NCBI GenBank assembly: GCA_965153355.1
Contig: OZ231126.1
Location: forward strand, 17,856,001-17,920,000
Length of the DNA stretch: 64,000 nucleotides
Source of the DNA: Flaccisagitta enflata
Lineage: Eukaryota
Reading direction: 5' to 3'
The notes beneath the pieces are model-generated. The model worked only from the letters and a program-made list of their open reading frames with translations, did not search any database and was not told where the DNA came from. The position numbers were made by a program, and so were the translations under genes. Position 1 is the stretch's first letter, and the number at the start of each line of letters is the position of its first letter. Below are positions 17,369 to 32,919 of the stretch, piece by piece.

Positions 17369-17761
17369 TCCTTCTTTCTTTCTTTTGTTCTTTCATTCTT
17401 TCTTTCTTTCTTTCCCCACTTGCTCGACCAAAATGGATATCCATTCTCTGTCAGAATCGGCCGGAATCTGATTTTTTGGGTCCTTCAGCTCTTTGATTTT
17501 TTCCCCGAGTTTTGACTTCCACGAATCCGACGTGGCGCCAACGTAGATGCGTATAAAATGAAACAGGAACAATTCCATGATGTGCGGAATGCACACAAAC
17601 TTGAGAGATCAGAGAGAAAGGAATTAGAGAAAGAGATAAATAAAAGAGAGGCCGACAGTGACAGACGAAGATAGACAGAAATAGAGATAGACAGAAACAG
17701 ACAAAGATGGACAGAAACAGACAGAATCAGTACAACATACAATCTTTGTTTTGTCCACTGA

Positions 17762-18020
17762 GAGGGTGTTTCTGTCACAGACAATCGCGTTTTGAACAGG
17801 CCTTTTGGTTGCTCGCTACAATCGTTCGCCCGCACTGCTCGATCCACTCTCTTGCTCCGCAGCGCTCTGCTTCGCTACACTCGCTCGCTCTGTTCACAGG
17901 CTCGCTCACTCACTTGGCTCACTCCCTTGTGGGAAAGTGGAAATTCTTGAATATGTGTTCATGCTCTAAACGCGTTCAATGGTATCAAACGCGTTTTTCA
18001 TCTTCACTAGAAACACGCCC
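17762..18020. mobile_element. Probable PIF/Harbinger-type MITE
   Basis: Termini gagggtgtttct / agaaacacgccc (2 mismatches in 12); 3-bp flank TGA on both sides. Confidence 0.55.
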
Positions 18021-18075
18021 TGACTGTCATAGGATGAACGGGTCAAATGTGTTTTTTTTCTGAGAAAAGTATTTA

Positions 18076-18406
18076 CCGTATTTTTTCTAATTAGCGCCCC
18101 GGGCGCTTTTGAAATTAGAAAATGACATTGCCATTTTACCCTCAAATTAGCGCCCCCTTTTAACTTGAAAATATGTAGTCATCCAATGGTTTTCCCAGTG
18201 AATGCTTCTTAAAATTTCAGAATTTCAAGAAAAAGTAAAATAAAGGGATATTTTTGACCTGTTTCCCATGTAAGCACTGAAAAAAGATAAATCCCTTTAT
18301 GCACAACAATCATTTGCCTCCTAATCTTCTAACAAATCACTGATCTGAAGAGTAAAAAGAGGGGGGGCGTTAATTGGAGGGGGGGCGATAAAGGGAAAAA
18401 ATACGG
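18076..18406. mobile_element. pogo/Tigger-type MITE
   Basis: TIR CCGTATTTTTTC / GAAAAAATACGG, TA flanks, internal TAATTAGCGCCCC motifs. Confidence 0.75.
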
Positions 18407-18661
18407 TACTTTAAAAGCAATTTGCTTCTAAACGAATAGACCTGCAGATGTCAGATTGGTCCCATTTTTAAGATCAGTCCAAAATCTTTAAAATAAGACC
18501 AATCTGAGGTTAGTCGGTCAATTCGTTTAAAAGATATGAGCTCTAGAAGTTACGTTATCCTAAAAATGGAGAGATAAACTACAAGCACCGTTTTGTTCAT
18601 GACCAAAGTGTTGCCGTGCGGGTTTGTTTTTGAAATATCGACCTCCGCTTGTCTGACTTCC

Positions 18662-19212
18662 TTTTTGGGCAGCGGCCCCAAAGGGCCGATGTCCTGTAGA
18701 ACACAGGGGGGAATTTCCATACGTCCGTCCGTCCGTCCGTCCTTCCGTCCGTCCCCCCCCCCCATGGCCTCAAATCCGCTCTCCCAGCCCTCAAATTTGC
18801 CCTCCCAGCCCTCTATTCAGCCCTCCAGGCCTCAAATCAGCTTTCCAGGCTTCAAATCAGCCCCCCCACCTCAAATCTGTCCTCCAGACCTCAAATCTGC
18901 CTTCCAGACCTTCAATTAGCCCTCCAAGCATAAAATCAGCCCTCCATGGCTTAAATTTGCCCTCCAAAACTCAAATCGGCTCGCCAAGCCTTGATTCTGC
19001 CCTCCAGCCTTCAAATATGCCTTCAGCGGTCTAAATCAGTCATCTAAGGCCTGAAGTATGCCCCATCAGGACGTATGGAAATTCCCCCCTGTGTTCTACA
19101 GGACATCGGCCCTTTGGGGCCGCTGCCCTGCTCTCACTCCACTTTTTCACTGGATCACTCCCAGCAGGGCATCGGGTACCGCTGACCATGTGCGATCCTT
19201 GGATGACTAGTT
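18662..19212 (+). mobile_element. Helentron-like non-autonomous element, family B (asymmetric 60-bp IR, central tandem repeats)
   Basis: IR 18667-18726 vs 19069-19128; (GTCC)n; about 21-bp cctcaaatc repeats; 84-bp 3' extension ending in TT; sits in a T-run with no TSD. Confidence 0.7.
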
Positions 19213-19301
19213 AAATGATACATAGAAGATGTGGTTAGTTGGCGGAAGCGTTCTGAAATTTGACCTCAAATGACCCCCAAGGTAACCGCCCTAATACGCA
19301 A

Positions 19302-20078
19302 GATGCCCGCGAATACTCAGCCATTGACTTTGTCGTCTGTACAGAAACAGCAGAGAAATGGATAAAAGATGTCTGTATTGATGAAGCCGAATTATTCAAA
19401 TTAAAAGGAAAAATACCAACGGACCACAACACTATTTTAATGAACCTATCCATTCCTAACATCGAAAAGTTCAAAAAGGAAAAACAAGTTGTTTGGAATA
19501 TTGGCGCTCCTGAGGAAAAATGGTCAGAATATAGGAAAGAATTGGTGGAAAGACAACCGAAAACATCAGCCATAATGCAAAATTGTAACATAGATATCGA
19601 ACAAAAATATGCTAAAATGATAAAAGAGATTGACACTGCAGCAAGAAACACAATTGGCAAAACCACAATTAAAACAAACATCAGAATAAAACAATCCAAC
19701 GAAGCAAAAGAAATAAATAAATCAAAGAGAGATCTAAGACACAAGATTCAAAAAGAAAAAAATGCAGCGATAAGGGCTGACCTCATACATAGCCACAAAG
19801 AGTTACAAGACCGAGCAAAACGATTACAAATTATAGAAAAAACCAATGAAATTGAAAAGAAGCTGGAAAAAGTGATTAATGACAAAACAAACCGAGCATT
19901 ATGGCAACTCAAAAAGGCTGTTACAAGAAATCCCACTGCTGAATCGATGGTTGTGAAAAACTCAAGAGGTGAGAGACAATTTAATCCGGAAGACATAAAA
20001 GAAGCTACAGCCAGTTACTATGAAACACTTTATAAAATGAAAAAATTCCCGCCACATCCATACCATGAAGAAGTTTAT
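19302..20078 (+). pseudogene. LINE ORF segment 2 (endonuclease C-terminus and linker)
   Basis: DAREYSAIDFVVC...PTDHNTI...HPYHEEVY, in frame with segment 1 once the hAT element and one TSD are removed. Confidence 0.88.
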
Positions 20079-20840
20079 AGAGTATGAGTAGAGTAGAGTA
20101 TAGACCCTTTAGGCAGACTTTGGTCCGCATGGCAAGGGCTTCAGTACTTGATATCCGATATATGCACTTCGGCAGACTTCGCTTTTTTTTGTTTCCAGTT
20201 TCATCCAGCACGAGTATCCAAGAATGTATGCCGTTGTGCATGCATTTAGTTTTTTGATTCCGTCTCCTTCCATCCATCGTATGCATTCTTGAAACTATTC
20301 ACAGATGTTTTTTCTCTGACACTTTCTGGAATCTTATTCCAGATCCTAGCGGCGCGAACGTTGTAGGAGTTTTTTCTCACTTCGAGCCGTGCCTTTTCTT
20401 CCCGCAAAACATTACTTTTCCTTCTTTCTCCATCTTCCGTTATTTCCGTATTTCTTCGCGTTGGTCGTTGGTTTTCCTCCTCAAATTCGAACCATTTTTC
20501 TTTCTCCACCCGGTTGAAACCTTTAATTGTTTTAAAGGCCTCGATAGCATCGCCCCTCTCTCTTCTTTCCGTCAATGTCGTTAAGCCAACATCCTTCAAT
20601 TTTTCCTCGTAAGTGGTTCCACGGACATCACACAATTGCTTTATCAACCTTTCCTGCACTTTTTCCATTATTTTTTTATCGTTTTCGGTCCACGGATTCC
20701 ATGCTGCCACGGCAAATTCTAGCTTGGGTCTGATAAAGCACTTGTAAATGGGAATCAGCTGTGACTTTTTCCGGTAATGGAAGGCGCGAAGCATTTGTCC
20801 AAGCGCAAAGTTAGCGTTTTTTGCTGCAACTGAACACTGC
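20079..20840 (-). mobile_element. 5'-truncated CR1-clade LINE (ORF2 C-terminus, 3' UTR, (CTCTA)n tail)
   Basis: QCSVAAKNAN, IRPKLEFAVAAWNP, EKVQER, RRERGDAIEAFK, WNKIPE, VNSFKNAYD are CR1 C-terminal motifs; TTAT flanks both ends. Confidence 0.9.
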
Positions 20841-20844
20841 TTAT

Positions 20845-22812
20845 CAGAAAATGAACCTGTACTCCAACAATCGGGACCATGAGAATACAATTTATAACAG
20901 ACAACCGACTATAGAAGAAATTACTGAAATTATTATGAGCAAGAAAAATGGGAAATCAACGCCAGATTTTAAAAATGAGATGCTTACAAAAGGCGGCGAA
21001 CCAATGATCCGATTCCTTGAACCCTTTATACGAGAAACGTGGGATAAAGAAACCACTGTTAGCATTTTTAATAGGGGATTTGTTACTAGTCTTCACAAGG
21101 GGAAAGGGGACAAAGAAGATTTGCATAATTACAGGGGAATCACCACATCATCTTCCATTGGAACAATATTCGATGCTCTCATAGACAACAGAATCGAGTA
21201 TGCAGTTCCATTCACCCAAGCTCAAGGTGGAGGCCAACGCGGTGCATCTACATTCGATCATCTGTTTCTCACTCGCGCAATGATTGACATAGCAATAAAA
21301 CAAAAACGACCAACTTTCCTAACATTCTATGATGTGTCAAAGGCATATGACAATGTGAATAACCAGGACATGTTGACAATCATGTGGGATAAGGGACTAA
21401 GAGGGAAATCGTGGAGAATCCTTAAGAACCTAAATGAAAATTTAACAGCAATAATGAAAACCAGATTTGGACCAACAAGGGAAATTAACATGGAAATTGG
21501 GGGGAAACAGGGCTCAAGACTTACTGGAAGAATGTTTTCTAAGTTAATGGATACACTTGCGGAGGAGTTACAAAACTCAGGGGAAGGATTTAAGCTAAAC
21601 GACGAATTAATAATAGCAGTTCTCCTATGGGTCGATGACGTCATATCATGCGTTGACGGCGAAAATGAACAGGAGGAAATTCTTGAAAAGATCCAAGAGT
21701 TTGCTCTCAAACATCGGTTAGTATGGGGCCAATCAAAATGCAAAGTGATTCGCATCGGGAAACATGCAGACGGACCAAGAGATTGGAAATTAGGCGATAT
21801 AACAATAGAAGAAACGACAACGTACAAATATCTAGGCGACATAATAAGCAACGATGGAAAAAACGCTAAAAATCTTGAAGCCCGAAAAAATAAAGTACAA
21901 ATGACCACCGCTTTGATAAATAGCATTGCAGAAAGTGATGTACTAAGAAGAATAGAGACTAGCACTTTAATTGAATTACACGAGAAAAAGAATGTCTCAG
22001 GACTTATGGCCAATGCAGAATCATGGAGCTTAAATCGAGGTGAAACGACAGAACTAGAACGGATTGAGGTACAAGCACTAAAGTATATGTTCGACTTACC
22101 GATACACACACCCACACCAGCAATCATATTTACCCATGGCGCTATGTATACCAAACAGAGAATAGACAAAAAACGATTAATGTATTTACACCGCATATTA
22201 AACCTACACAACGACCGGTGGATTCAAAGGACCTTCTACATTTTACAACAACTGAACATTGGATGGAGTAAAAGTATTAGCGAAGCACTGATAGAATATA
22301 ACCTACCCACAGACCTTACCACTATCAAAAACACAAGCAGAAGACAATGGAAAAAAATAATAATAGAGAAAACTGAGATCAAGAACGCGAGCAGACTTCA
22401 CGAGGAATGCCACAAAAAGGAAAACAATATACTTGTACCGAAAACAAAAACTTCACACATCATCCCGTACCTCACAATAGCTGACTTAAAAAGAAAACCT
22501 CAGGATGACATTATTCAATGTACCAAATACGAGACAAAATCCATAATCATCGCTCGTTTTGGCATGTTAGAGTGTGGCAAAAACTTCAAAGGAAAGATGC
22601 CCGAAATATGCAGCACATGTAATGTAGTAGATGACGAAAACCATAGGCTAAATTTTTGCAGTAAATTCAGAGAAATAAATTTGTACGACAGTGTAGAGAA
22701 AGAAGATTTTACAAAGATATATTCCCATGATGTAAATGTGCTGCGCGATATTTTACCAAAGATACAGAAAGTCTGGAATACTAAAACCGCACGTGGTACA
22801 ATGATGACCTAG
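20845..22812 (+). pseudogene. LINE ORF segment 3 (reverse transcriptase and CCHC knuckle), uninterrupted
   Basis: ORF 20821..22812 with RT motifs including LLWVDD. Confidence 0.92.
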
Positions 22813-22829
22813 TCCCAAATTTCTCTTTC

Positions 22830-22942
<113 letters not shown>

Positions 22943-23585
22943 TTTTATACAATTTTTCGTTTTTTTCTTCCACCATATGTGGGATCTGGTAGATGACCGA
23001 TTTGTAGATTAGCATATTTATTGACCAAGTAGATTACTGGATTATTTGTAACGCTCAAAAACATTTATGTTTATATGTTGAATTGCGCATTATTGAGCAG
23101 TAAAATCAATCAATCAATCAATCTCTCACTTTCGCAGTCATGTTCGTTGAAAGGGGTCAGGACAACCAAGTATCAAGCATTTACACTCTTTTGCGTTGAA
23201 TTCTCCCCTTCAGGACATTCAAGGAGAATAAGTGAGAGTGAGCGTCGAGTGTTGTTATCAATTCTAGTTTTATAGGGCTATATAGGGAAAGTACCGTTAT
23301 ATGGAAACTACGGCGGTCGCACCGACGACCAGAGAGACGTATTATTTTCAACAGTCACGGACTCACGTGTATTACGTATGAAAGTTGAAACAACATTGCC
23401 CTTGGAAATGGAGGCCAGAATTCTCCAATTTACAAAGGATGAAAACCTTGCAAGCTTTCAGTTGTGTTTACTCCGGATTGCACACAACTATCCTTTACAA
23501 TTAACAAAAGTCAGAGTGCCGCAATTAGCCAAAACTGGCTTTTCCCTGGCAAGAGCTTGTTTCCTTTGCTCAAATGCTGTAAAAT

Positions 23586-23771
23586 GAGTCGTCGCGCGAC
23601 ATTCAAATCGATCGGGAACCATCGTTAGGGTGACAATAAAGTTTCCAAAGACACCCATAGCAGAGATAAAATTTGATTAATAGAATCATTGGTTCCAATG
23701 CTAAATCAATGCAAACTTCATTCTCATTCTAACCATGGTTCCCGATCGAATTGAAAGTCGCGCTAGGGCTC
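23586..23771. mobile_element. Short MITE with about 45-bp TIRs (GAG...CTC termini)
   Basis: gcgcgacattcaaatcgatcgggaaccatcgttag vs ctaaccatggttcccgatcgaattgaaagtcgcgc; no TSD resolved. Confidence 0.7.
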
Positions 23772-24401
23772 GTTATAAAGGACTTCTGCAAAGGAAACAG
23801 ATGATCGCCCGGAAAAAGCCAGTTTTGACCGTTGTCGGCACTCTGACCAAAAATCACAATTTAAGAACCACTTCCAAAGCGAAAGGAGTTCATCGAGGAA
23901 AGGTTCTGAAGAGTTACGAAGCCCGTGAATTGGAGAGACTTCATTCATAATGAAATGAATGAGCAAATGATAAATGAAGGGATGAACGAATGGATTAACT
24001 ATTGAACGGAAGCTATCTTTAAATGAACGAATTCCAAAATGTGCAAATGAATGAATGACTGCATGATACTGCATAGGAACACCACCTGGCATTGTGAACT
24101 GACATTGTGAACTTCTTAAATTTGCTCAAAGCGCAATGCGGCCATTCATACTTAGATTGCCACACAAATCGAATATATAATCGGAACAACCACGAGTTAG
24201 AACAAAACCAAACTAGGGAGACGAGGAAGATGAAGAAGAGAAGGGGGAGAGTGGAAACAGACAGCTTGAGGCTGTAGTCGAAAACTTGCCTAATATCCAA
24301 TCTACACTCTACAGGCACGTTCCATCCCAAGGATTTAAACTTCATCTTCCCCTAGGCGCAAAAGCCACCAGCCTCAAGGCAGAATGTTCCTTGAAAGTTG
24401 T

Positions 24402-26148
<1,747 letters not shown>

Positions 26149-27744
26149 TTTGTCTTGGTGTCAGAGCGGAGGCGAGGATCACCCTTGATAATCAAATGCA
26201 CCCACACAATTCTTAAGAAAGTTACTTCTTTGTGCGCTTGACGTGAAGACTGTCTAGCACAAACTTTGTGGCAATGAGTAAGAAATCAGAGAGTCTCTTT
26301 ATTCAATTCTCTTTCTCTTACTCCAGTCATTCATGATTATCTACAATATCTATATATGTCTGGATGGACTAACAAATCTTATCTGTTAGAGGCGAAATTC
26401 TGTTATAGCCAATATAGGAGATAAAGTTGAAGGGACTATGAATTTGCATACCTTATATGCGAAATTCCATAAGTAACGGGTCCGTTAGAGTGCAATTTAA
26501 CTACTGTAAATTTAACAATCTATAATGGAACTGATGCCCATCAGAAACAGTTGAACCATGAAACAACGGATGTCAAGGGACCAACCAATTTTATCTGTTA
26601 TAGGTGGAGTTCTCTTTTTGCCACTTTATAAGCTAAAAAAAAAAAGAAAGAAATAAAATGACAGGTGGGTTCTGTTACTCTTGTAGCCAGTATTACTACG
26701 CCAGAAAAAAAAAATGCACCCTTTTGTTGATTATTTTCATTTTCAGGCTAATATGGTCTGTTTTAAATTCGTTATCATCATTCACGCTGTTCGCGTGTGC
26801 CGTTTACTCTGTATAGGACTATCCATTCACGCTGTTCGCGTGTGCCGTTTACTCTGTATAGGACTATCTGTGCTTTAATGTTAATGTACTTTTATAACCC
26901 AATAAGCTGTGGTGGTTCAGGTGTACTGTTGCTCTGTATTTTTCATGAAAATACATGATTCTCTCTCTGTGTAAGTTTTTTTGAAGATTTTCAAATTCTC
27001 TTTCATTCTGGACCAATCCAAGGTCTGTATCTCAAAACGTTTAGAAGTTACAGCTTATCAAAGTCAACCTCTTTTTAAAAAAAAAAATGCTCTTTTTTCA
27101 ATAGGATTGTAAAACAATGGTTTTACTCTTTCTTATGCCATTCCTTAACGAAAAATAGCTAGAAATGACAGACTGGAGCCAAGTAAAAGTTCAAATTCAT
27201 TCTAATGGTCTAAGATTTTGGTCGATTATCTTTTAATTCAATATAACTATTAACCATTTAAAAATGCGGCTTTTTTGATGATTCGCGTAGTACAGGGTGT
27301 GTCTGCACTAACAACGACAAACACTCAAAAAGTTTTAATAAGGAGTTTCATCATTCAGACAAATGGCCCAACGGAGAGACGTGGACACAGAGACTGATAG
27401 AAGCTCATGCTCGCTCTAAAAGCGATATGGTTTATGACTTAAATAGAAAGCGTCGACCTTTATCTTCTAGTATAAGTATTCCTAAGACGATCGTTTTTCG
27501 ATTTTCCAATGACTTCCTTTGTTTTCCCTTCTTTCCCTGGGTTACCATGAAAAATTGCGATTTTTTCCTCTCTGGGTTTCAAAATGTCAAAGGTCATCGG
27601 ATAAATCGGATTTCTTTTCCTTTCTTCTTTTTCTTTTTCATTTCCTCATCATCGAAAGTAAACAGGGAGAAAAAATCTTAAAACAGAAAAAAGGCGCCAT
27701 GAAAACCTTCCGAAAATTATTCGACATTTGGTTTTTTGAGTGAG

Positions 27745-27904
<160 letters not shown>

Positions 27905-27960
27905 GCAATAACAGAAAGAAAGGAAGAATGAAAAGCAAGAAGAATACTCAAGAAAACTAA

Positions 27961-28136
27961 TTTTTAGTCGCGGACACGCGACTCTACACCTTGCCGTGTC
28001 GGTCGGTAGGTCGGTAGGTCCGTCGGTCCGTCCGTCGGTCCATCCGTCCGTCACATTTTTGATTTCCGAGCGGTTTTCGCGTTACTGCTCCTGCCCAACC
28101 GTCCGCGACTGGATTGCCGTCTATCCGGCCTTGTTT
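27961..28136 (+). mobile_element. HINE/DINE-1-like element, family A
   Basis: tttttagtcgcggacacgcgact ... gtccgcgact ... ccggccttgttt. Confidence 0.8.
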
Positions 28137-29757
28137 CTTTCCGATCCCCGTGCCTACTCCTCTCACTCTTTACTCTACCTTACACGCGGTGTGAGTCACG
28201 TTTGTCGGCCTTTTAGTCTTACCGGTGTTCTCCATCTCGTTTCCACGTTGATTAGATAACAAAAGCCAAAAAGAACAAAAAAGAACAGAAAAGAAAAAAA
28301 AAGAAAAAAAAAAAGAAAAAAAAATCCAGAAAAGTCGCGTTCGGGCTGAGTTTTAGGCTAGTCCTAGGTATGGGTTAGGCCCTATCAACAAAGGCAAGAG
28401 ATATCTAATACATACGTCCTGCCTTGAGAATCTTAAGTTGAGCTGTTCTAGGCTGCACTTTGAAAGGTACAATGAGAGTTACGATGGCACTTTTTAGGTT
28501 TTTATTCTTTAGTATTTTAACGTGCGTCAAAACACGACAATAAGAAGCTCTGGTCTTTGGTCGGTTAGTCGGTTGGTTGGTTGGTTGGTTGGTTGGTTGG
28601 TCTGTCGTATTCGTTCGACGATCCACACGGAGCACACGTACTTGGTCTTCTTGGCCTTGTTATTTAGTGTTTAGTTTTTGTGATCTTACAAACAGTTTTG
28701 ATATTAGTATTACCATATGACATGTGCAACAATTCATCCTACACAAAACTCATACAATTAATCAAAAGGAAACAGAAATTGAAAAAAATATGTATCAGTA
28801 CAGGTATTAGTATTTGAATTACTTTTAGCATTAGACGATCGGACTTAAGGATGAACATGGTTGAAGCTTATGAAACCTCACGAGAAATATTGATTTGCTT
28901 GATTAGGCTTTCCTTTTGCTGCCTTTTGCTGATGCTATCAAATTAGTCTTTTAATGCTTTACGCAACGATTCCCACCCACGGGATTTTTTTTATATTTCA
29001 TTTCAGATGAATTTCCTGGCATACGTAATCATTAAGTCTCCTAATGAATTAAATTGTGTGTTTGAGGTTCAAACGAAATACAAATAATCATCATCATAAA
29101 AGTTCACAACTAGCGACTATCACACCGAAGACTAAATGTGGATAGAAATGATTTTAGTGGCTATGGTTGTAAAATGTCACCGACAGATGGAAGGATGGTT
29201 GGACGGACAGAGCCTTCCATGGAGGTGGTCTTACGGAAGGGCGGACCATCTGGTTGTATAGCGATAAAATCATATAAGGTGCCATCATTACGGTCTTTTT
29301 TCCATTTTCCATGGCCCACGTACCTCAATAAAGCTAGTATCTTTTGAATCCGCTTGTAACGAATATGCGAATCATTTCTTTTTGTTTTATCTCTTAGCAA
29401 TAACAGAAATCCGCCAATAATGGAAACAATTTATCGGTACCTTGACATCCGTTATTGCGGGGTTTAACCATCTTCTATCGAGGGCGCCACCCAAGATGTC
29501 TTTGCACTCTTCACTATCTTATCTCCAATTATCCAATTCATCTATGTCTGTAACGAATCTTCATCTATGTACAAATCAGTAATTAAAACTAACCACAAGT
29601 CAATTCAAACGTTTAGCGTAATAGAGGGACATGTAGAGCATTTGGTACTCCCACAACTTGAATTTCGATTGAGCCGCATTAGCGACCAAATTTGCGTGCT
29701 TTGAAAATTGGATTAGTATCGATTAGGTTTGTAAATCTTGTAGGATACAGGGCTTTT

Positions 29758-30855
29758 CTTTTTTTGGGGCAGCGGTCCCAAAGGAAAAAAGGTGCTGTAG
29801 AAATCTGTCTGTCCATCAATACATCTGTCTGTCTGTACGTCCATCCTTACATCCATTTGTCCACCTTGCCTTTCCTCAGGGCTTCGTTTCCGTCAGGTCC
29901 TTTTCACATTTTCATTTTTTTGTTGATTTTTCATGTTATTCGATGGAAATTCTGGACTCTTTTTTTTTTTGTCAATTCTCCATGTTATTTAATGAAAATT
30001 TTGCATTTTTTTGCCAACTTTCCATATTACCCAATGGTTTTGGGGCAGCGGCCCCGAAGGGGACGATGTCCTGTAGAACACAGGGGACTTTCGTTCGTTC
30101 GTCCGTCCGTCCGTTCGTTCGTTCGTCCCCCCCCCCCCCTCATCGGGCCCCTCAGGCCTCAAATCTGACCTCTCAGGCCTCAAATCTGACCTCTCAGGCC
30201 TCAAATCTGACCTCTAAGCCCTCAAATTTGACCTCTCAGGTCTCAAATCTGACCTCTCAGGCCTCAAATCCAGCCTCTCAGGTCTCAAACCTGGCCTCTC
30301 AGACCTCAAATCCAAATTCTCAGGGCCAGCTATCTCAAGCTTCCGATTGACATTCTCAGGCCTTACATAAGCCTTCTTAGACCTCAGATAAGGCTCTTGA
30401 AGGCCTTCAGTCAGCATCTCATCCACTTCTTGAGGCAGGAAAAGCAAAATTCCCCCTGTGTTCTACAGGACATCGTCCCCTTCGGGGCCGCTGCCCTGCT
30501 TCCCCTCACTCCAATTCACAATCACTCAAAGCAGGGCAACGGGTATCGCTGACCACATTTTGCCCTTGGGCGACCTGTTTATTTTGTTTTGTTTTGTTTG
30601 TTTTTTTTTTTTTTTTTTGCATTTTTTAATTTTTGGTCAATGTTTCATGGCATTCAATGAATTTTGGCATCTCATGCAGATTGATGGATGAACGGACGGA
30701 CGGATGGATGGATGGACCAATTAACGGATGGATGGACAGATTCCCCCTGTGTTCTACAAGACTTCATCCCCTTTGGGGACACTGCCCTTCTCCCCCTCCA
30801 CTTTAATCACAGAGCACGGGTTCCGCTGACCATTTTCTGCTTTTAGGCTGCTGTT
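29758..30855 (+). mobile_element. Family B Helentron-like element (old copy) containing a younger family B copy at 30038-30579
   Basis: Outer head ttttggggcagcggtcccaaagg and tail ccccctgtgttctacaag...ccgctgacca; inner copy has an intact IR and a 21-bp tcaggcctcaaatctgacctc array. Confidence 0.7.
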
Positions 30856-30997
30856 CTTTTCCTTTTTTCTCTCTCTTTTTCTCTACTTCTACTTTTTCTT
30901 CTTCTTCTTCTTCTTCTTCTTCTTCTTCTTCTTCTTCTTCTTCTTCTTCTTCTTCTTCTTCTCATTTTCATCTCAATCTCTTCGTGTAAGTCTCAGC

Positions 30998-31058
<61 letters not shown>

Positions 31059-31436
31059 TGAGAGTTGTAAATCCCATAAATAGCTCGGAAGCCATGATTT
31101 TATCACCATGGCCATGGAGATATATCACTTGCGGACAGTTGATTGATTTACCGAAGCAGTAGTAATTAGTATAGACTGAGAAGAATAGAGAAGACCTGGT
31201 GATTAATTGCAAATCAGAACTTTAAATCTTCTCTATTTTTTTTTATTATTATCATTTTATTATATACTTTTTTATTAATTTAAAGTTTAGTTTAATAGAC
31301 GAGCAGATTAACGGTCCAACGGAAGACGGACCGACTGATAAAGGACTTGAGTTGTCAAGTTTGCTCGTTTGGATATTTTTAGTACTTCCATTTATCTACG
31401 TAAAAGGCAGACAGACACACGGACAGAAAGACTCAA

Positions 31437-31549
<113 letters not shown>

Positions 31550-31587
31550 GAAAGACATACATGAATGAAGCGACAGACAGACTGAAT

Positions 31588-31633
<46 letters not shown>

Positions 31634-31666
31634 AGGACAGACGAACAGACAGGAGGACATAAAAAC

Positions 31667-31728
<62 letters not shown>

Positions 31729-31940
31729 TGACAGGTATAGTTGTGTCAAATGGAACGTCCATTGCGGATTGTTTGATGGCATCAATAGGTTAATGGGAGG
31801 CTGGCAGGCAAACGAGAAAAGGCTCGATAAAAAGGAAAATTAGCTGTGATGTATGATCATATCACATTTAGACATTGTACATGAAAATTATAGCATTAAA
31901 TGAAAATAATAACATTAAAGATGCTTCCCTATTTTTTTTC

Positions 31941-32340
31941 TTTTTAGTTGCGGACACGCAACTCTATAAGAGGCTTTGTCCGTCCGTCGGTTGGTCGGTC
32001 GGTCGGTTGGTCGGTTGGTTGGTTGGTTGGTCGGTCCGTAGAGGTGATCGAGTCGAAAAGTGGGAAAATGCGTATTTCTGCCCCTGCCCACCCGTCCGCA
32101 ACTGGTGGCCGTGTATCCGGCCTTGTTTTTTAATAGACGGAAACGTGCTTCTTATGAAAGCAAATCGAAAGTATAATATCAAATGGTAGAAAAAACAAGG
32201 CCGGATACACGGAAATTCAGTCGCGGATGGTTGGGCAGGAGCAGAAATGCGAAAACCGCTCGGGATTCAAAAATGTGACGGACGGACCTACCGACCGACC
32301 GACACGGCAAGGTGTAGAGTCGCGTGTCCGCGACTAAAAA
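31941..32340. mobile_element. Two family A HINEs tail-to-tail (31941-32131 +, 32190-32340 -)
   Basis: Both show subTIRs, a (GGTC)n core and the ccgtgtatccggccttgtt end. Confidence 0.8.
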
Positions 32341-32919
32341 CTTAATGCAACCAATTTCTTCTCTGCTCACCAAGGATTCTATATGAGAATTATGTATTCT
32401 TAATCGCTTCGTGATCGGTCCGTCGATCAGATCTTCGTTCTCACATTTTTTGTCCAGTTAAGTTTTTGTCTTTACCCATCCGACGGTCTGTCCATCAGTC
32501 AATATGTTTCGGTTCTTCATCTCTTATACTGCCCCTGCCCATCGATACGCAACTCTTTAGGCGGGTTTCATTTTCACAAAAGCAATGAAAATCCCTTGTT
32601 ATCGGTAATGTTCTCCAACAGAAAGGGAAAAGCTTTGTAATAAACGTTAAGACCAAATGGTATATCGAGCCATTTAACGCTAAGCCCATTGGCGAGGAGC
32701 ATTTAAAATTCCAATCGTTAAGTCGGAGATAACGGAGGAAAAAAAATGCTGCAAAGCGCTGGATCATTATTGGATATTTACCAGTAATGGCGGCTGTCGC
32801 CGTGAGGAAAAAAGTCGTAAGCGTTGTTCACTTTTCACCAAGCATTTGTCTTCAGTCACTGCAACTTTTTTATTTGTTAGATCAAATTGAGAGCAATTGT
32901 ATGTATTGGTTGCACTGAA

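Larger units (their letters stand above)
15897..19293. mobile_element. Composite non-autonomous hAT-type element with long imperfect inverted arms
   Basis: Perfect 8-bp TSD ATACGCAA (15889-15896, 19294-19301); TAGGGCGG termini; about 60-bp near-perfect TIR extending to about 330-bp imperfect arms (15897-16235 vs 18408-19293, excluding the insert at 18662-19212). Confidence 0.93.

Noticed and set aside
21327-22211. 294-aa antisense ORF
   Set aside because: Shadow of the LINE RT frame.
26697-27291. Possible Tc1-type MITE (tactacgc...gcgtagta) containing a 45-bp tandem duplication
   Set aside because: Terminal match is too short to call confidently.
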